Part shown: one piece after another, positions 38,401-51,800 of the stretch
Layout: every line of letters starts with the position of its first letter
Numbering within the stretch: the stretch's first letter is position 1
Source of the DNA: Lingula anatina
Taxonomy: Eukaryota; Animalia; Brachiopoda
Reading direction: 5' to 3'
Assembly: GCA_051362555.1 (NCBI GenBank)
Contig: CM120643.1
Span: 13,738,644-13,802,643, forward strand
DNA: 64,000 nucleotides
The notes under the pieces: model-generated
What the model was told of the DNA's origin: nothing
Databases searched by the model: none
The model's input: the letters and a program-made list of their open reading frames with translations, nothing else
Program-made: the position numbers and the translations under genes

Positions 38401-40752
38401 TCCCAACTGCACCGGAAACTCTCTATTGTCTGGTAATGGTACAGGTAAATTCTCTTGCAAGAAAGAACAAGCACTTGCACATTGAACGTTAATGGTTTTG
38501 CCAAAATTTTGAGAAGCATGCAAGTGTAGTGAGAACAAGATACAGGATACACCTAACATGGCTCGCATCTTAGATAATATATGTTGCAATATGCCTCTTA
38601 GGGAGTGTTCCCATAACCCTATCATACTAGCTGGATTGATCTAACTCTTTGGTGATTCTTTCTAAATCACATTCACTTTAAGTTCTTAAATGTCTGGCAC
38701 ATCCCCCTTGAAACTTAAAGTAATTGAGTCAAGTCGGGAAAACTTTGTGGTCCATGGTGTTAATTGATCATGCTGCGTTGCAAGGGGGCATGCCAGACAA
38801 TAATTTATTAAGCTGATTAAGTTGACTGCGCCTTAGTGAGAATCCCCACTGAGATTGATTGATCTTGCTAGTACCATAAGGTTTTGGGAACACAGTATTA
38901 AAAACATAAGTGGATGGGGGATCTGAACGTAGTCTGCTTGCTAATGCTATCATATCTGACTGCTATCGGCTTGCTAACATTAGGAATATCTGCTTTCATC
39001 AAAAATCAACTATGACTGAGGAAAATTGACCAAGGACAGAGAAAATATAATATCCCTTTTTCTTCCAAAAGCCTGTTTGTCTCTTTTCTTTCTTTCAATT
39101 CACTTCTAAAGAGTTGAGACTAGGTTAAATTTCTCTGTAACATACTTTTTTCCTGGACATGAAGAGGCGCAAGATGAGGGGAAATGTTAAGGAAAGAGAC
39201 CCTGTAAGAATTAAAAATGAGGGTGATGGGAATGGTTAAAGAACCTTGAAGCTGAGACTTGGAGTGCATTCAGAACAGGTGATCCATGGACTAACTGTTC
39301 CGCAGACTAAATATGGCCGACCCCACTTAAAAGCAAGCCACTGAATTTCCTGATGGTCTCCCTACCTCCATTCACACACACACACACCAGCGAACAGATT
39401 AAATCTTTGCTCGGAGGTTTAACTGCTGCGCCCCTGCAGCGATGGCACATGTGGAGGCAGGGAGACCATCAGGGGATCAGGGGCATTGCTTTTAAGTTGG
39501 TCGGCCATATTTAGTCTGCGGATCTGTTTGTGTGCAAATCAACTTGTTGTGAATGCACTCTTAAATTCATATCATACCAAGGTTATATTTCATTTTATAT
39601 ATGTAGGTATATCATATCATCATTATGTTATGATTTTATAAAGACATAAAATAAGGAGCATGAGGTATTGTGCATTTTAGTCCCTTGTTTTTTATCAACA
39701 CTGTTTTCTTATCCAAGGACATTTTAAAATATTTTACGATGTGAAAGTTTTTGAGGTCTTTAGTTCATGGCCATGTCAATATTCAATCTTTATCTGATTA
39801 AAAATGGTTTGGTTTAAATATTATAACATATCAAAGAATTTAAAAACCTCGACATTTCACCTTCCAGGAAAATCTGGTGGCTGTGTTCGGGTGATCAACA
39901 GAAAGACTGCAGAACGAGCACTTTTAAAGGGTTTTACCGGACGTGTGATGGACGTAGCATTCGCACATCACACACTCGTGATCATTGCGGCAGTAGACGA
40001 GATGGGTAATTTGTTTGTCCACCAGGCTGATGACACAGATGATGGTAAAATACTGTATCCTTTGGTTTCTTCGATCTTGAAAGTGAGGTGCTAGTCAGTT
40101 CTGATATTTACTGTTTTGCTATTTTATAAAATCAAATGCAGTTTTTTTTCTAAGAAAAAAAGGTTTTCTGTGATGTCATTTGTCACCAAGCATGCCTGAG
40201 ATTTTGTGATTTAAAAAACTTTGCATTGTTTTACTCTTCCAGGGATTTTGTAAGAAGGTGGGTGTGGAGTTGAATCTTAGTTAAAGTTCATTTTTTAATT
40301 GGAGATTTTCTAGACAAAAAATGTCAAGACATTCACATGGATTTTTTTCTCTTTTGACTGAAAGCACTTTTTAAATTGTTTTTGTTGGAAATAATATGTA
40401 TTGTGGGTTTTTGTGATGAATTCATTCTCAAGAGGACAATGTATTTATTATTAGTTATAACTTAAATTTAGAATCCTTGTGAACCTTAACTCTTGCCCAG
40501 CACTGCCTGTCTCCTGCATGTGGTGCGTCCTGCAGAGACGCCACCTAGCAGCTACCACAGAGTCATCTGGTGTCCATACATCCCTGATGAGGAGGAGGAA
40601 CAGGGCACTGAGGACATGCCAACCCATGACGCAGGCAAACTGCTGGTGGTGACCCATGATGAGAAGGTATGACATAGCAGTATTCAGCATTTTTATGGAT
40701 ACTAGTATTATGTGGATTGGATATAAACCATCAAAAATAACATCAGTAAACT

Positions 40753-40844
<92 letters not shown>

Positions 40845-42767
40845 AATATATATATATAGTCATTTATTTATTTTTTTTATTTCAGTTAGTTTTAATTTTG
40901 AAATATTTTTCCTGTGTTATTTGTTCAGGCTGAGTTATGGAGTGTAGACATGGTCAATGGAGAGTATGGTACTGGACCACACAGGGCTGAGGACATAGAT
41001 ATAGGCTTTCTGGCCATTGAGAACCACACTCGGGTAATACATGAAGATTTTGACAGCATCAAGTTCTTAGCAGTTTATTTGCCAGTTTGCGAGTTAAGAA
41101 GCAGTTAAAATATATATATTGTAGATATCACATTTTATGATAAAGAGTTTTTTAGATTAAAAAAACAAACAACAGTTACTTCTTCCCAACTCCTTAGGGT
41201 TACATGTCTTATGCCACTGTTTTATAATACATGTAATAACATATAATGTTAAAGATTAAGGTAAGAGCCTTATTGACTGTATTTCTAGCCCATAGTGGAT
41301 GCTGCATTTTCCCCGGATGGCACTGCCCTGGCCACAGCCAGTCTTGATGGACAGGTCAAGTTCTTTCAAGTTTACATGCAAGACAAGGCAACACCAAGGT
41401 ATAGGGTTTAAAATACTGTGATGTTTTTGTCGTGTTCATGTCATAATATGGTGATGTGTTAGTTTTCTTTGCCCAATGTGTCTACACCTATCTACAGAGG
41501 TGGTGTAAAAATTAGCAACTTCAAGTCAGAATTTTGATATTTTTTTTCATCTTGCAATTGCCTCAGGTGCCTACATGAGTGGAAACCACATGATGGGCTG
41601 CCTCTGTCTAGTTTGTTCTTCTTGGATGACCACAAGAACCCCAAACCAGAGTAAGTTTTCTGAAAATTCTGTACATCAGAATAAAACAACAGGCTACAAT
41701 GGCTTCAGTTCTGTTAGATCACAAGACTGGTTCTGAAAATATACAAAAGCCCCTTGTGAGCAATATTTTGAAGATATTGACGGTTGATATAGACAGTCAG
41801 TTTGGGTCTTCTCAAAGATTGTTTTCTTATAATGATACACATTTTTATGAGTACTATGAAATTATGCATTCTAAAGTTTCTATAAAAGACTTTTGACTTG
41901 TATCAAGGACTAAAATGTCAGATTTTCCATTCTTTATATGTGACCTTGTCGTTTTGCTTGTAAGCAAATTTCATTAAATGCTTCTTCATTTAATGATAAT
42001 AACCCATGCTTTAAGTAATCACATCTTGTATTGGTGAGTTTAACGGTTGTGTAAATATTTTTCTTCTTTTGACAGGGTGCAGTTTTGGAAGTTTGCACTG
42101 ACTGGAGCAAATGACAACCGAGAACTGAAAATCTGGAGCTGTGAGTCCTGGACCTGTCTGCAGACACTAAGGTAACTTTGGACTCTAATTTACAGAATAA
42201 ATAATAATAATGTATTAAATAAAAATGTGTTATTCAATGCTTTTTATTCTGGTCTTTTGACCATTTTTATAGAACACAGTAAAAATTAACTTTAATGGAA
42301 TTTATTATCGCCATTTTCACAAAGATGGTACATGGACATGTTATATATTTTATAAAACAGAATCAGTGAAAGTGCTTATATCTTGTGGCCACATTAACCA
42401 ATGTAAAGAATTCTAACACTTATAAAAGAAGTCTAATACTTACATGAATATTTCATTTACACAAAACTAAATTTTTGCAGTAACTATGATATTCAAAAAG
42501 TGTAAGGGATAGTCTCTTAGAACAGAAACATTAGTCAGGACTAAAAATTCTGTGAGATGCTTGTAACTTATGAGTGGTCACCATACTATACAATGCAAAG
42601 GGCCAGTATAATATGATTGTGATGATATAAAATTAACCTTTTGGTTCTCAGATTTGTGTCCCCACCAGACCTGCCCTCCAACTTCCAAGTGGAGCCATCT
42701 TTGAAGGCATGTCTGGATCTCAGTGCTAACTACATGGTACTGGCAGATACCAAAAGAAAGGTATCAA

Positions 42768-42804
<37 letters not shown>

Positions 42805-45800
42805 TCTGTCTCTGAGTTTCTGCTTCTTTCTTCAGGTAGTTCTCCAGCTGTACCAAGATGCAGAGCACAGTACGGCCCATGTCAGTTCTGTCTCCAAGTT
42901 TCTGCTTCTTTCTTCAGGTATTGAATGTTCTCCAGCTGTACCAAGATGCAGAGCATGGTACGGCTCATGTCAGCTCTGTCTCTGAGTTTCTGCTCACCCA
43001 GCCTTGCCTCAGTATGGCCATACTAGAGGCTGGCAGCAAGGTGGTGAAGAAGTCTAGCACACAAGAACAAAGTGGAGAAATGAACTCTGGTAAGTGGACA
43101 GGTTCAAAATTGTCCTCAGTTTTCTTTCTTGAGAAAATAATTATCTACTTCAGGCTAATTTTTAAAAATTTCGTTTGTGTATTTATTTGTTTGCATTTTT
43201 TTTCAAAATTTAGTCAGAGATTTTGCATATTTTTTGAAAAATGCTAACAAAAGGGACAGTGGCAAATATTTTTAATCCAGGAAGAGAAGCCTCCTAGGGC
43301 ACACATCTCAAAATTTTGTCATTTTAATTGCCCTTTAAGATAAATCCTGCCTATTGTTCCAGGTAATCTAGATGAGGATGAGGATGACGAGGATCAAGAG
43401 GCCAGAGATGAGGATGGCATCAAGGGATGTCTAGTGAGATTATATACAGTGCAACACAGGTAGAGTAGTATAATAAAGGCCAGGGATGAACTATCGGCAG
43501 ATTTCCAACTCTTTGAGAGCCCAAAGTATCAGTGGCCTGGGTGGACTCCTGGACCCCACACCATATTTCCTGATTTTTTCACTAAATGTCAGTGTCTATC
43601 CTGGAAGATACATCAGCATATATTTTCTTATCACTCTGTCATTGTATTGTTTACATTATTTGTTAGGTCATAACTTATTGTGGATGTTGTTTTAGTACCG
43701 AATAACCATCTTTTTTGGTATATGAGATTTTTTTTTTCACTTTTTGAATGATTTCCTCCTTTAGTTACTGAAAATGAATGTTTGAACTGCCCTAAAATTG
43801 TCTGTAGGTAAAAAAAAAATTGTTGTTTTGTTGTTTAGAAACAGCATGCCATGGGAGATATTTAATTGTATTCTTTTTATTAAAATTTTAAGTTTCCACT
43901 TCATTTTCTCCCCCATATTTACTTTTAAAAATTATTTCATAACCATTATATCTATAATAAACAATTTTGTATTTACATTTGTTTTGAGAAATAACATTGT
44001 TTTGTAATAGGTTACTTATGGAATATAATTACTGAAAAAGAAAGAGTTGTTTATTTTCATTACGAAGGGTAATGTATTTTTCCAGGGCTTTACAAGAACT
44101 ACAAATTCACTTTGAGTTGCAGACGTCTGTGCCCAACCTTCCAGCGCCATCTATTAGCTCAATTTCCCAGGATGGGACAGGTAAGACAGTAACTTTACAA
44201 TTTTAAAGAAAAAGTACAGTAACCATAAATTGCATGATTATTTGCATTGCTTGATTAGCCACTAGATTCTGTATTTTTGACTAGAATATGTAGAATGTAT
44301 ATTTTATATTATGAATGTCATAGCTTGATGACCTTAAAAATACTAAACATATTTTAAGTTCATGGCTTGACCCATATTGTTGGTATATACTTCCAAATAA
44401 TGTAGCATGCAGATTAGCCATTTGGTTAAAAAATTTTTTGAACATGTAAAGTGAACCTTGAATAAAAATCTTAGTTTAATTTATTGGATCTCAGGTATTT
44501 CTTGCCTATATTGTTGGCATTTTTGCTATTAACTTATACGCTTCTTTTTAAAGATTTTTTTTTATATTTAAATATGTGTTTGTGTCTCATGCAAAGTTAT
44601 ATGAGCTTTATTACCTACAATTGCACCTTTTGTCTTCACTACGTTCCCAGCCTTGCGTGATGCTCTCACAGACATAAGTATGGATACTGTGACATCATTA
44701 TCAGATGTGGAGTATAAAGCCAAAGATGCTGCTGGCAACAACTCCCAGCCTTTGCTTCTCACACCCGATGCCTTCACATCTAGTCCTAGGTAAGAGAGCA
44801 AAGTACTACAGTAACTACTACTACTACTAGTCTAGTCCTCTGTAAGAAAGCAAAATATTACTACTTCTACTACTACTACATCTAGTCTTCGGTAAGAAAG
44901 AAAAATACCACTACTACTACTTATAATAATAATATATTAAAATGTTCAGGTTTAAAAAATAATTTTTATTTTTATTATTATTATTATTATATTTTTTTTT
45001 TTTGCCTTTTTCATTTTCCCCAACAGTTGTCTTTTTGTGGCATCATTGCTTTTAAGAGTTTTTAAGAGTCTGTAAGGCATTTTAAGTTGTTTTAGGACAG
45101 GAGATAGGAATAGAAGTGGTAACACATTTTCTAGTAGAAAAGGAGTAGGGGTGGAGATCTTTGATTGATCCATACGTGGGCATACAAGTTCAGTGATCTC
45201 TTAGAGAGAATTTTTGTCCAAGTGCAACATACTATAGACATGAGCAAAAATGTTTATTAGCTTGGTAGTTGGATCATAAATGAAAAATTATCAAATACAA
45301 GCATAAAAACTTTCATACCATTAGCTTACGGCCAACCTTGATGTAGGCCTTCATCAGACTATAGACGTGTATTATAATGTCATGTCTGCTCCTTACAGGA
45401 AATCCAGTGAGAGCCTTCACAGTAGTAACACCAGCAGCAGTTTTACACACGTGTCAGCCCTTAACGAGGAACACGGGGCCTCAGTTATGTCCCCCTCCAG
45501 CAGTGTGACATTGACTCCAAATTCCAGTCATGTCCCCACCCCTACGACCCTCCCTCTCCCTCCTGTCACCCCAGGGGAAGAGAACCGCCTGACCACCACC
45601 CCCAAACACACCCCCCAGCATACGCCAAAGCTTAACTTGAGTGCAGCTGAACAAGACCTGGATGACTTCCTGGGTTCACCTACATCAACATCCTCGTCTA
45701 TCAAAGGAAACCAACCGCCATCTTTTCAAAATGGCGGCATCAAGGTTGGCGACAGAGGTGGAGGTCAGGGCGACATGCTGGACGAACTATTTGGGAGTCA

Positions 45801-48800
45801 GGGCACTAAGAGGCAACACCTACAGAGCAGCAGCTCAAGTACGACCAGCATTGAGGTTGGCCAGATCATGGATGCCAAGCCAAGTTATGTGGTTGGAGAG
45901 ACGGCACAGGAGGAGGAAGAAGAGGAAGAGGAGGAGGAGGGAGAAGAAGAGGAGGAAGAGGAAGAACAACATAGTTATGGGATGAGGGTGTGGCCACAGG
46001 CTCCTAAAGTGACAGATGAGGGTCAAGAAAAGGGGTAGGTTATATGTTGAGGGTGGGGAATACTTTGTCTTTGCCAAAAAAAAAAAAATAGTAATTTTGG
46101 TTTATACTTGTTTGTCATGTCCACATATTTGTATTTTTGTTTTAATGATAATAATAATGATTGCTTTTTTATTGAAAATTACAAACAAATTGTTAATATG
46201 TTTCACAGTATTACATGTAAAATGAAGAAGTCTTTGTCATCCTGTTTTAAATATTTTGAATAGAGTGAATATTATTATTAAGTTGTTGGTTAATTCATGA
46301 AAGAATATAATGGCTGTAGCAAATAAATTTGCACCTTTTGGTAGTTCAGGGAAGGGATAAGGGTATAGATGACTTTCAGGGATACTTCTAATTTTTATTG
46401 GTTTACACATTCTTAGCGGGGTTGGTCATTTTATGGAAAATTCTTGAACCATATGTTTGTGCCAAATAGAGATTTTGTGATAATATTGCTATCATGTGCA
46501 GTCCTTTCACAGAAAATTCATGAATCTTATGGCTGCACTAGATGGGGATTTTGTGATGATTTTTCTCCCAATGATGTAATGAACACAGTTCAGTATACAT
46601 TCTAGTGATGGAACTGAAGACCAAGATGAAGATGTGAAGATAGAAGAAGAGACTGAAGAGCATACAGGCAGGACAGATTCCAGCAGGTGACTCAAAAATA
46701 GTTTAGAAATGAAGCCAGAAATTTAAAAGAGATTTTTACTCTCTCGATCTCATTACTCATTAGTTATTGAAAAGGAGGATAATATCTTAGTCAGAAGTTG
46801 CAACTGTTGAATTTAATATATTTATTAATATTATTTTGAACATATAGCTGAAAATCTGTGACATATTAAAAATGGTAAAAATATGTTGTAAAGTTTGCAT
46901 TTATTTTGCAAATATGATTGTAGCATTTAGAAACAATACTGCGAGGATTTGACTACTTTTTGTTGCAAAATTAAGGAACAGATCATGAAACTGCACACAG
47001 GTTTGGGTCATGTCTTATACTCTTGAATAACCTATTTTTTAAACATATTAAATACAGTGAACGTGAAGAAATATCATCCTCATCAGAAAGTCCCAAGAAG
47101 AAATCTCACAGACATCCCAGCACCAGACAAAGGACATCCAGTTACTCTCCCACTAGTGCAAGGTCTCTGGAGGCTGGCTCTATACCTCAGGTAAACACCG
47201 GGGTCTATGAATTTAGGTGTCACTGCACCCTTTAAAAGAAGAGAGCATGATTCTCTCTACCTCACTCTACCTCTCTCAGTGTAGTGAATGCATATTCTTA
47301 TAGACTAATCTAAGGGAGATTTATTCCTCATTTTTAAACCCCAACAAACATCAAACTGTATGATTACCCACATGAATTTATGACAACTTGAAAAAAGGAT
47401 GTAGTTGTTTTAACTGCAGTAATTGCTGAATGTTATCTCTCACCTGTTTCCCCATTGTAGCTTCAAGATGCCATGCAGAACATCATGAGTCTGTTACAAG
47501 ACCAGAGACAGGAGCTGGCCAGTCTTAAGGCACAGCTTCACCAGCAGAGGGAGCACAATGCACTGATGGAGGGGGTGCTTGGAAACCGCCTGGAGACCGC
47601 ACTGGAACAGTATGGTCACTCACAGGGTAGGGTTGCTCACCTTGTTTCACAAATGTATTTGTAACAGGGGTGAGATTTGTCTGACTATTGACGGATTTTT
47701 TACTTTTTTGGGAGCCAAAAATATCATTGTCCTAGACATCCCCCTGGAACCCACACCATGTTTTGTGACTTTTTCACCAAGTGGCATTCACATCCCTGTT
47801 TAGATTGAACATTGGCCTTGTCTTCAAGAATGAAAATTTCAGTCAAATCCATCAGTAGGAGTCCCTTAAATGGGAATTTTGGACTTGTTTTAAGAAGTAA
47901 CACATCATATGGGTAATGTTTTAGACTTATAGTCATGTATGTTTATATATAGTGGCCTACTGCATATCATTTCTAGATTGAATTGGATCTGGATTGAAAG
48001 TTGAAATTAACCAAGTAGCCTGTAGATTTTGTATGTGACTGTGTGCATGCATGCTCATGTCTGTGTATATGCGTTGGACTAATGTCCGTGTCACTCATTA
48101 AATTATTTGTTAACCTATGGTTTTATTTCAGATTTGAGATTAAGGGAGGCATTAAGTAGCACTCACTCCGCCAGACAACATGACAGCCACCAGGTGGTCA
48201 ACACATTGTCCGAGGCTCTGGTCAATAAGGTTATTGCCAGTCTGGACACAGCAGTCAAGACAGAGATAAAAAATTCTGTAGTGCCAAGTAAGTGGGACCA
48301 CCGTAATGGCAAGGCTCGGCTCTGCTTGTCACATAAGATAATATCCGTGTGAGTTTGCAAGAAAGAATTGCAGATTGCAGCAATATTGCAGCAAATTTGC
48401 TGCAAGTTCACTGCAAATTTGCAGCAGGTCTGACATTTTGCTAAGGGATGAACTGGAAAAATTAAATATATTTGCGGAATTTCAAAATTGTAAATTTCGA
48501 ATAGGAATATTGCCTGATTTAGTTCATGAATTTCAATTTTAACATCTGTAACAACTTTGAAAAGAAATTTTATGAAAAATTTCTATTGTATTGTAGTAGT
48601 ACTCAGTTCTCTGCCGAGTCTTGTTAAATTAATTTTAATGTATTCTTTTTTTATCTTATTAAAAATCTTTTCCGGAGCCTAGTGATTGACAACTTAATAT
48701 GTCAACTCACTGACACGGGGAGAGGTGTTTTTTGTATACAATTTAGCTGTGACAAGCACAAAGTTGAATTATGTTTACTCAATGTGAACATTTCCAGCTA

Positions 48801-51800
48801 TCCAAAGAATGATTCACCCATTACAAGAGCACCTTCACAGGGAGATGGCTCAGAAACTCACTGCAACAGACTCTGTGATGAAAGATAATATTGGCAAGAT
48901 GGTCAGGTCAAAGGTAAGGTTAAAGATCACTGGGTAAATGGTAAGGCAAAAGGTCTTTTACCAAATGGTAGGATCAAAGGAAATTGGGAAGGGGGAAAAG
49001 GTTCTGGGGTTGAGATTCTGAGAAAGAGTTTTGTTACTGATAAAACAGTTTTGACTACATTTGATGTCACGCTGTGTGCATGTTAAATTTGTAAAGAATA
49101 TCCTTTCCAAAAAAAAAAAAAAATTGAAGCAAGCCAGTTAGTGTTAGTAAGAGCACATCTGAACGTAACATTATCTAACACCCCATTTCCATAGATTAGA
49201 TCGACCTACTTTAGATCGACCTAACCCCCTGGGGGTTCACGCTAAATAGCTGTCAGCCGGGCGGACACAAAAGTTAATTACCCCCTTACTGCTTGTAGTA
49301 GGCGGGACGGACATTTAAGTCGGATTATCTGAAAGTAATCTAGTGAGACTCCCCGCGGGGATAGATCGATCTAAAATCTATGGGAATAGAGCCTAAGTGC
49401 GTGAAAGGCTTTACTTATTATCCATCTGTATATTGCATATATATTTTTCATTAATGCGTTTGTATTATCAAACATTTAACAAATAAATACATGTCACAGT
49501 ATGTAAAAATGAAAAAAAAATTTGAATGAATTCCCACCACTTAAAATTCCCATTTTAAATAATGACATATATTATATGATATTTATATTTCAGCAAACGG
49601 TAGAAGCTATAGGGCAGGCAGCAGGACAGGCAGTTTCAGGCACAGTGATCTCAGCATATAGGGAAACGTTTCAGAACACCATATTGCCAGGGTTTGAACG
49701 TTCTTGTCAGCACATGACTGGACAGCTGAATGAAGCTTTTCATAAAGGAACGCAAGAATGTAAGACACAGATATCCACCTACCTTAGCGATTATGTTTAA
49801 TTGCTCAAAATCATATTTCAGATTTTTAAATTAAATATTTTTGTTGGTGTTTTCACACTCAGTACTATTATAATGGAGATGTTTATATACATGCTGTGAT
49901 GTTTGATGTAGTTCTGTCTTTGTCTGTGATGAATTCTATTTCATAAAATTGATAAGTTAACAAATTGCTTTTCTTATACTTATACAATGTGTCAGACAGT
50001 AGAAGAAATAAATTTGATTTATTTAATAAATTAACTTTTTACTTATTGAAATTATAATATAAGTTCATGCCATAATTTATTTCACACAGATGTCCAGCAG
50101 CTTCAGTCCCACATGGACTCGGTCAATCAGCGCCAAAATGAGACAAAGGACTACGTCCGCAGTCAGCTCCAGGCGGCCATGGAACAGTTCAAGTCCAGTA
50201 CCCAGAGTGTCCAGCAGAGATTGGTGACCAGTGTCCAGACTGAGGTGAACAAGCACCTGCAGCAGACTATGTCAGGGTCAGTATTGGAATAGTGTGTTCA
50301 GGATTGAAAGTGTATCATTTTTTTTATGGTCCAGAATTCTGGGATATATGTCAATAGCTATAAAGTCTTACCTTTAACTCACCTTGAAGTTTTTTGTTTG
50401 TATGTTATCATTTATTAGTACCACCAGTGCGTACGCTGGCGGTACTCATGGTTTTTGTCCCGACCCGTCTCGTACAGCTCCGCCGGCTCCGCCGGCTCCT
50501 GCGGCTCCGCAGGATGACGTGGGATACGAGTCACCGTTACCGCTTCTCCTCCTAGACCACCAGGACCTGTGTCCCCATCTCTTGGATTTGGGTCACATAT
50601 AATCTCAACTTGAACCCCCAGGTTTTTTTGTCTCAGTTGGTGCATTGACCTGGGCGTGACGTTCGTTGAAATGCACCCTTGTCAAAAATTTTGAAAATTC
50701 AATGCTAAATATCTCCCAAACCAATGGAATTATGGGAAATATTACTACAGATGGCTGACCAAAAGTCATATGTGAGGATTTCAAATATGCCCTTGGATTT
50801 GACCTTTGACCTTTATTTCAAGGTCAAACGGACCAAAATTTTCTAAAAATGGGAATTTTTTGCGAGAAAATTTTTATTTCAGCCGATATTAAAAAAACGA
50901 AACATATCTTACCTATAATATTATGGGCAGGTGTTACCCTTAGGGTCATCTTTCATTTTCATGAGTTTGAGGTCAATCGGTGCATTTTCATGGTAGTAGC
51001 GGCCATTAGATGCTGAAACTGAAAATTCTCTCTAATTCTGGAACCGTTAATGCTAGAGAACTCTTGTTTTTTGCATTTTGTAGAACTTGTCAAGGGCAAC
51101 ACTGGGGGTGGTGTCCATTTTTTTTTTGTTTTTGATACGGCTTAGGCATTGCACTATATCAAAAAATTCAACATCCAAAATTCATTGGTGAAAATAAAAT
51201 GTGAATTACTCAAAAATTAGCAGAGATAAGCCCTTAGTTACTATTGAACTTGAATAGGAAGTCATATACTGATAATCTAACTGTGACCTTGAAATTGACC
51301 TTTGACCTACTTTTCACCATGAACTGAACTTTGCAAAAATTATCTCCCCTATATCTTGAAAACTGGCAGAGATACACCCATAGTTACTATTGAACCTGAA
51401 CAGGAAGTCATATACTGGCAATCTAACTGTGACCTTGAAATTGACCTTTGACCTACTTTTTATGATAAACTGTACTTTGCATGTTTTCTGGCCTCTTAAT
51501 CTCCTAAATTAGCAAGGAGATACCCATAGTTACTAATTAACTTGAATAGGAAATCATATACCATGAACTGACCATTGCATATTTTCTTGCCCCTCATATC
51601 TTCAAAACTAGCAGAGATATGCTCAGTGTTGCCCTTACGTTTTCTCTTTTGTCAGCATATATGCAACACTGATAACACATTTCAAGGAAAACTAATAGGC
51701 CTAGTGTCTAGAAAATCACAGGAGTGATCAATCTTAGGAAAATACAGGCCAATTGGAAAATCTGCTTGATTGGACCATTTTTATGTTGTTTTTTCATTTT

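Noticed and set aside
48899-48980. Possible decayed repeats of the EDC4 exon 22 donor (atggt.agg..aaagg x3)
   Set aside because: Too short and degenerate to separate from low-complexity sequence, so not counted among the junction duplications.
50384-50645. Pro/Ala-rich ORFs on both strands
   Set aside because: They come from the GC-rich microrepeat at the 5' end of the HINE-like element.
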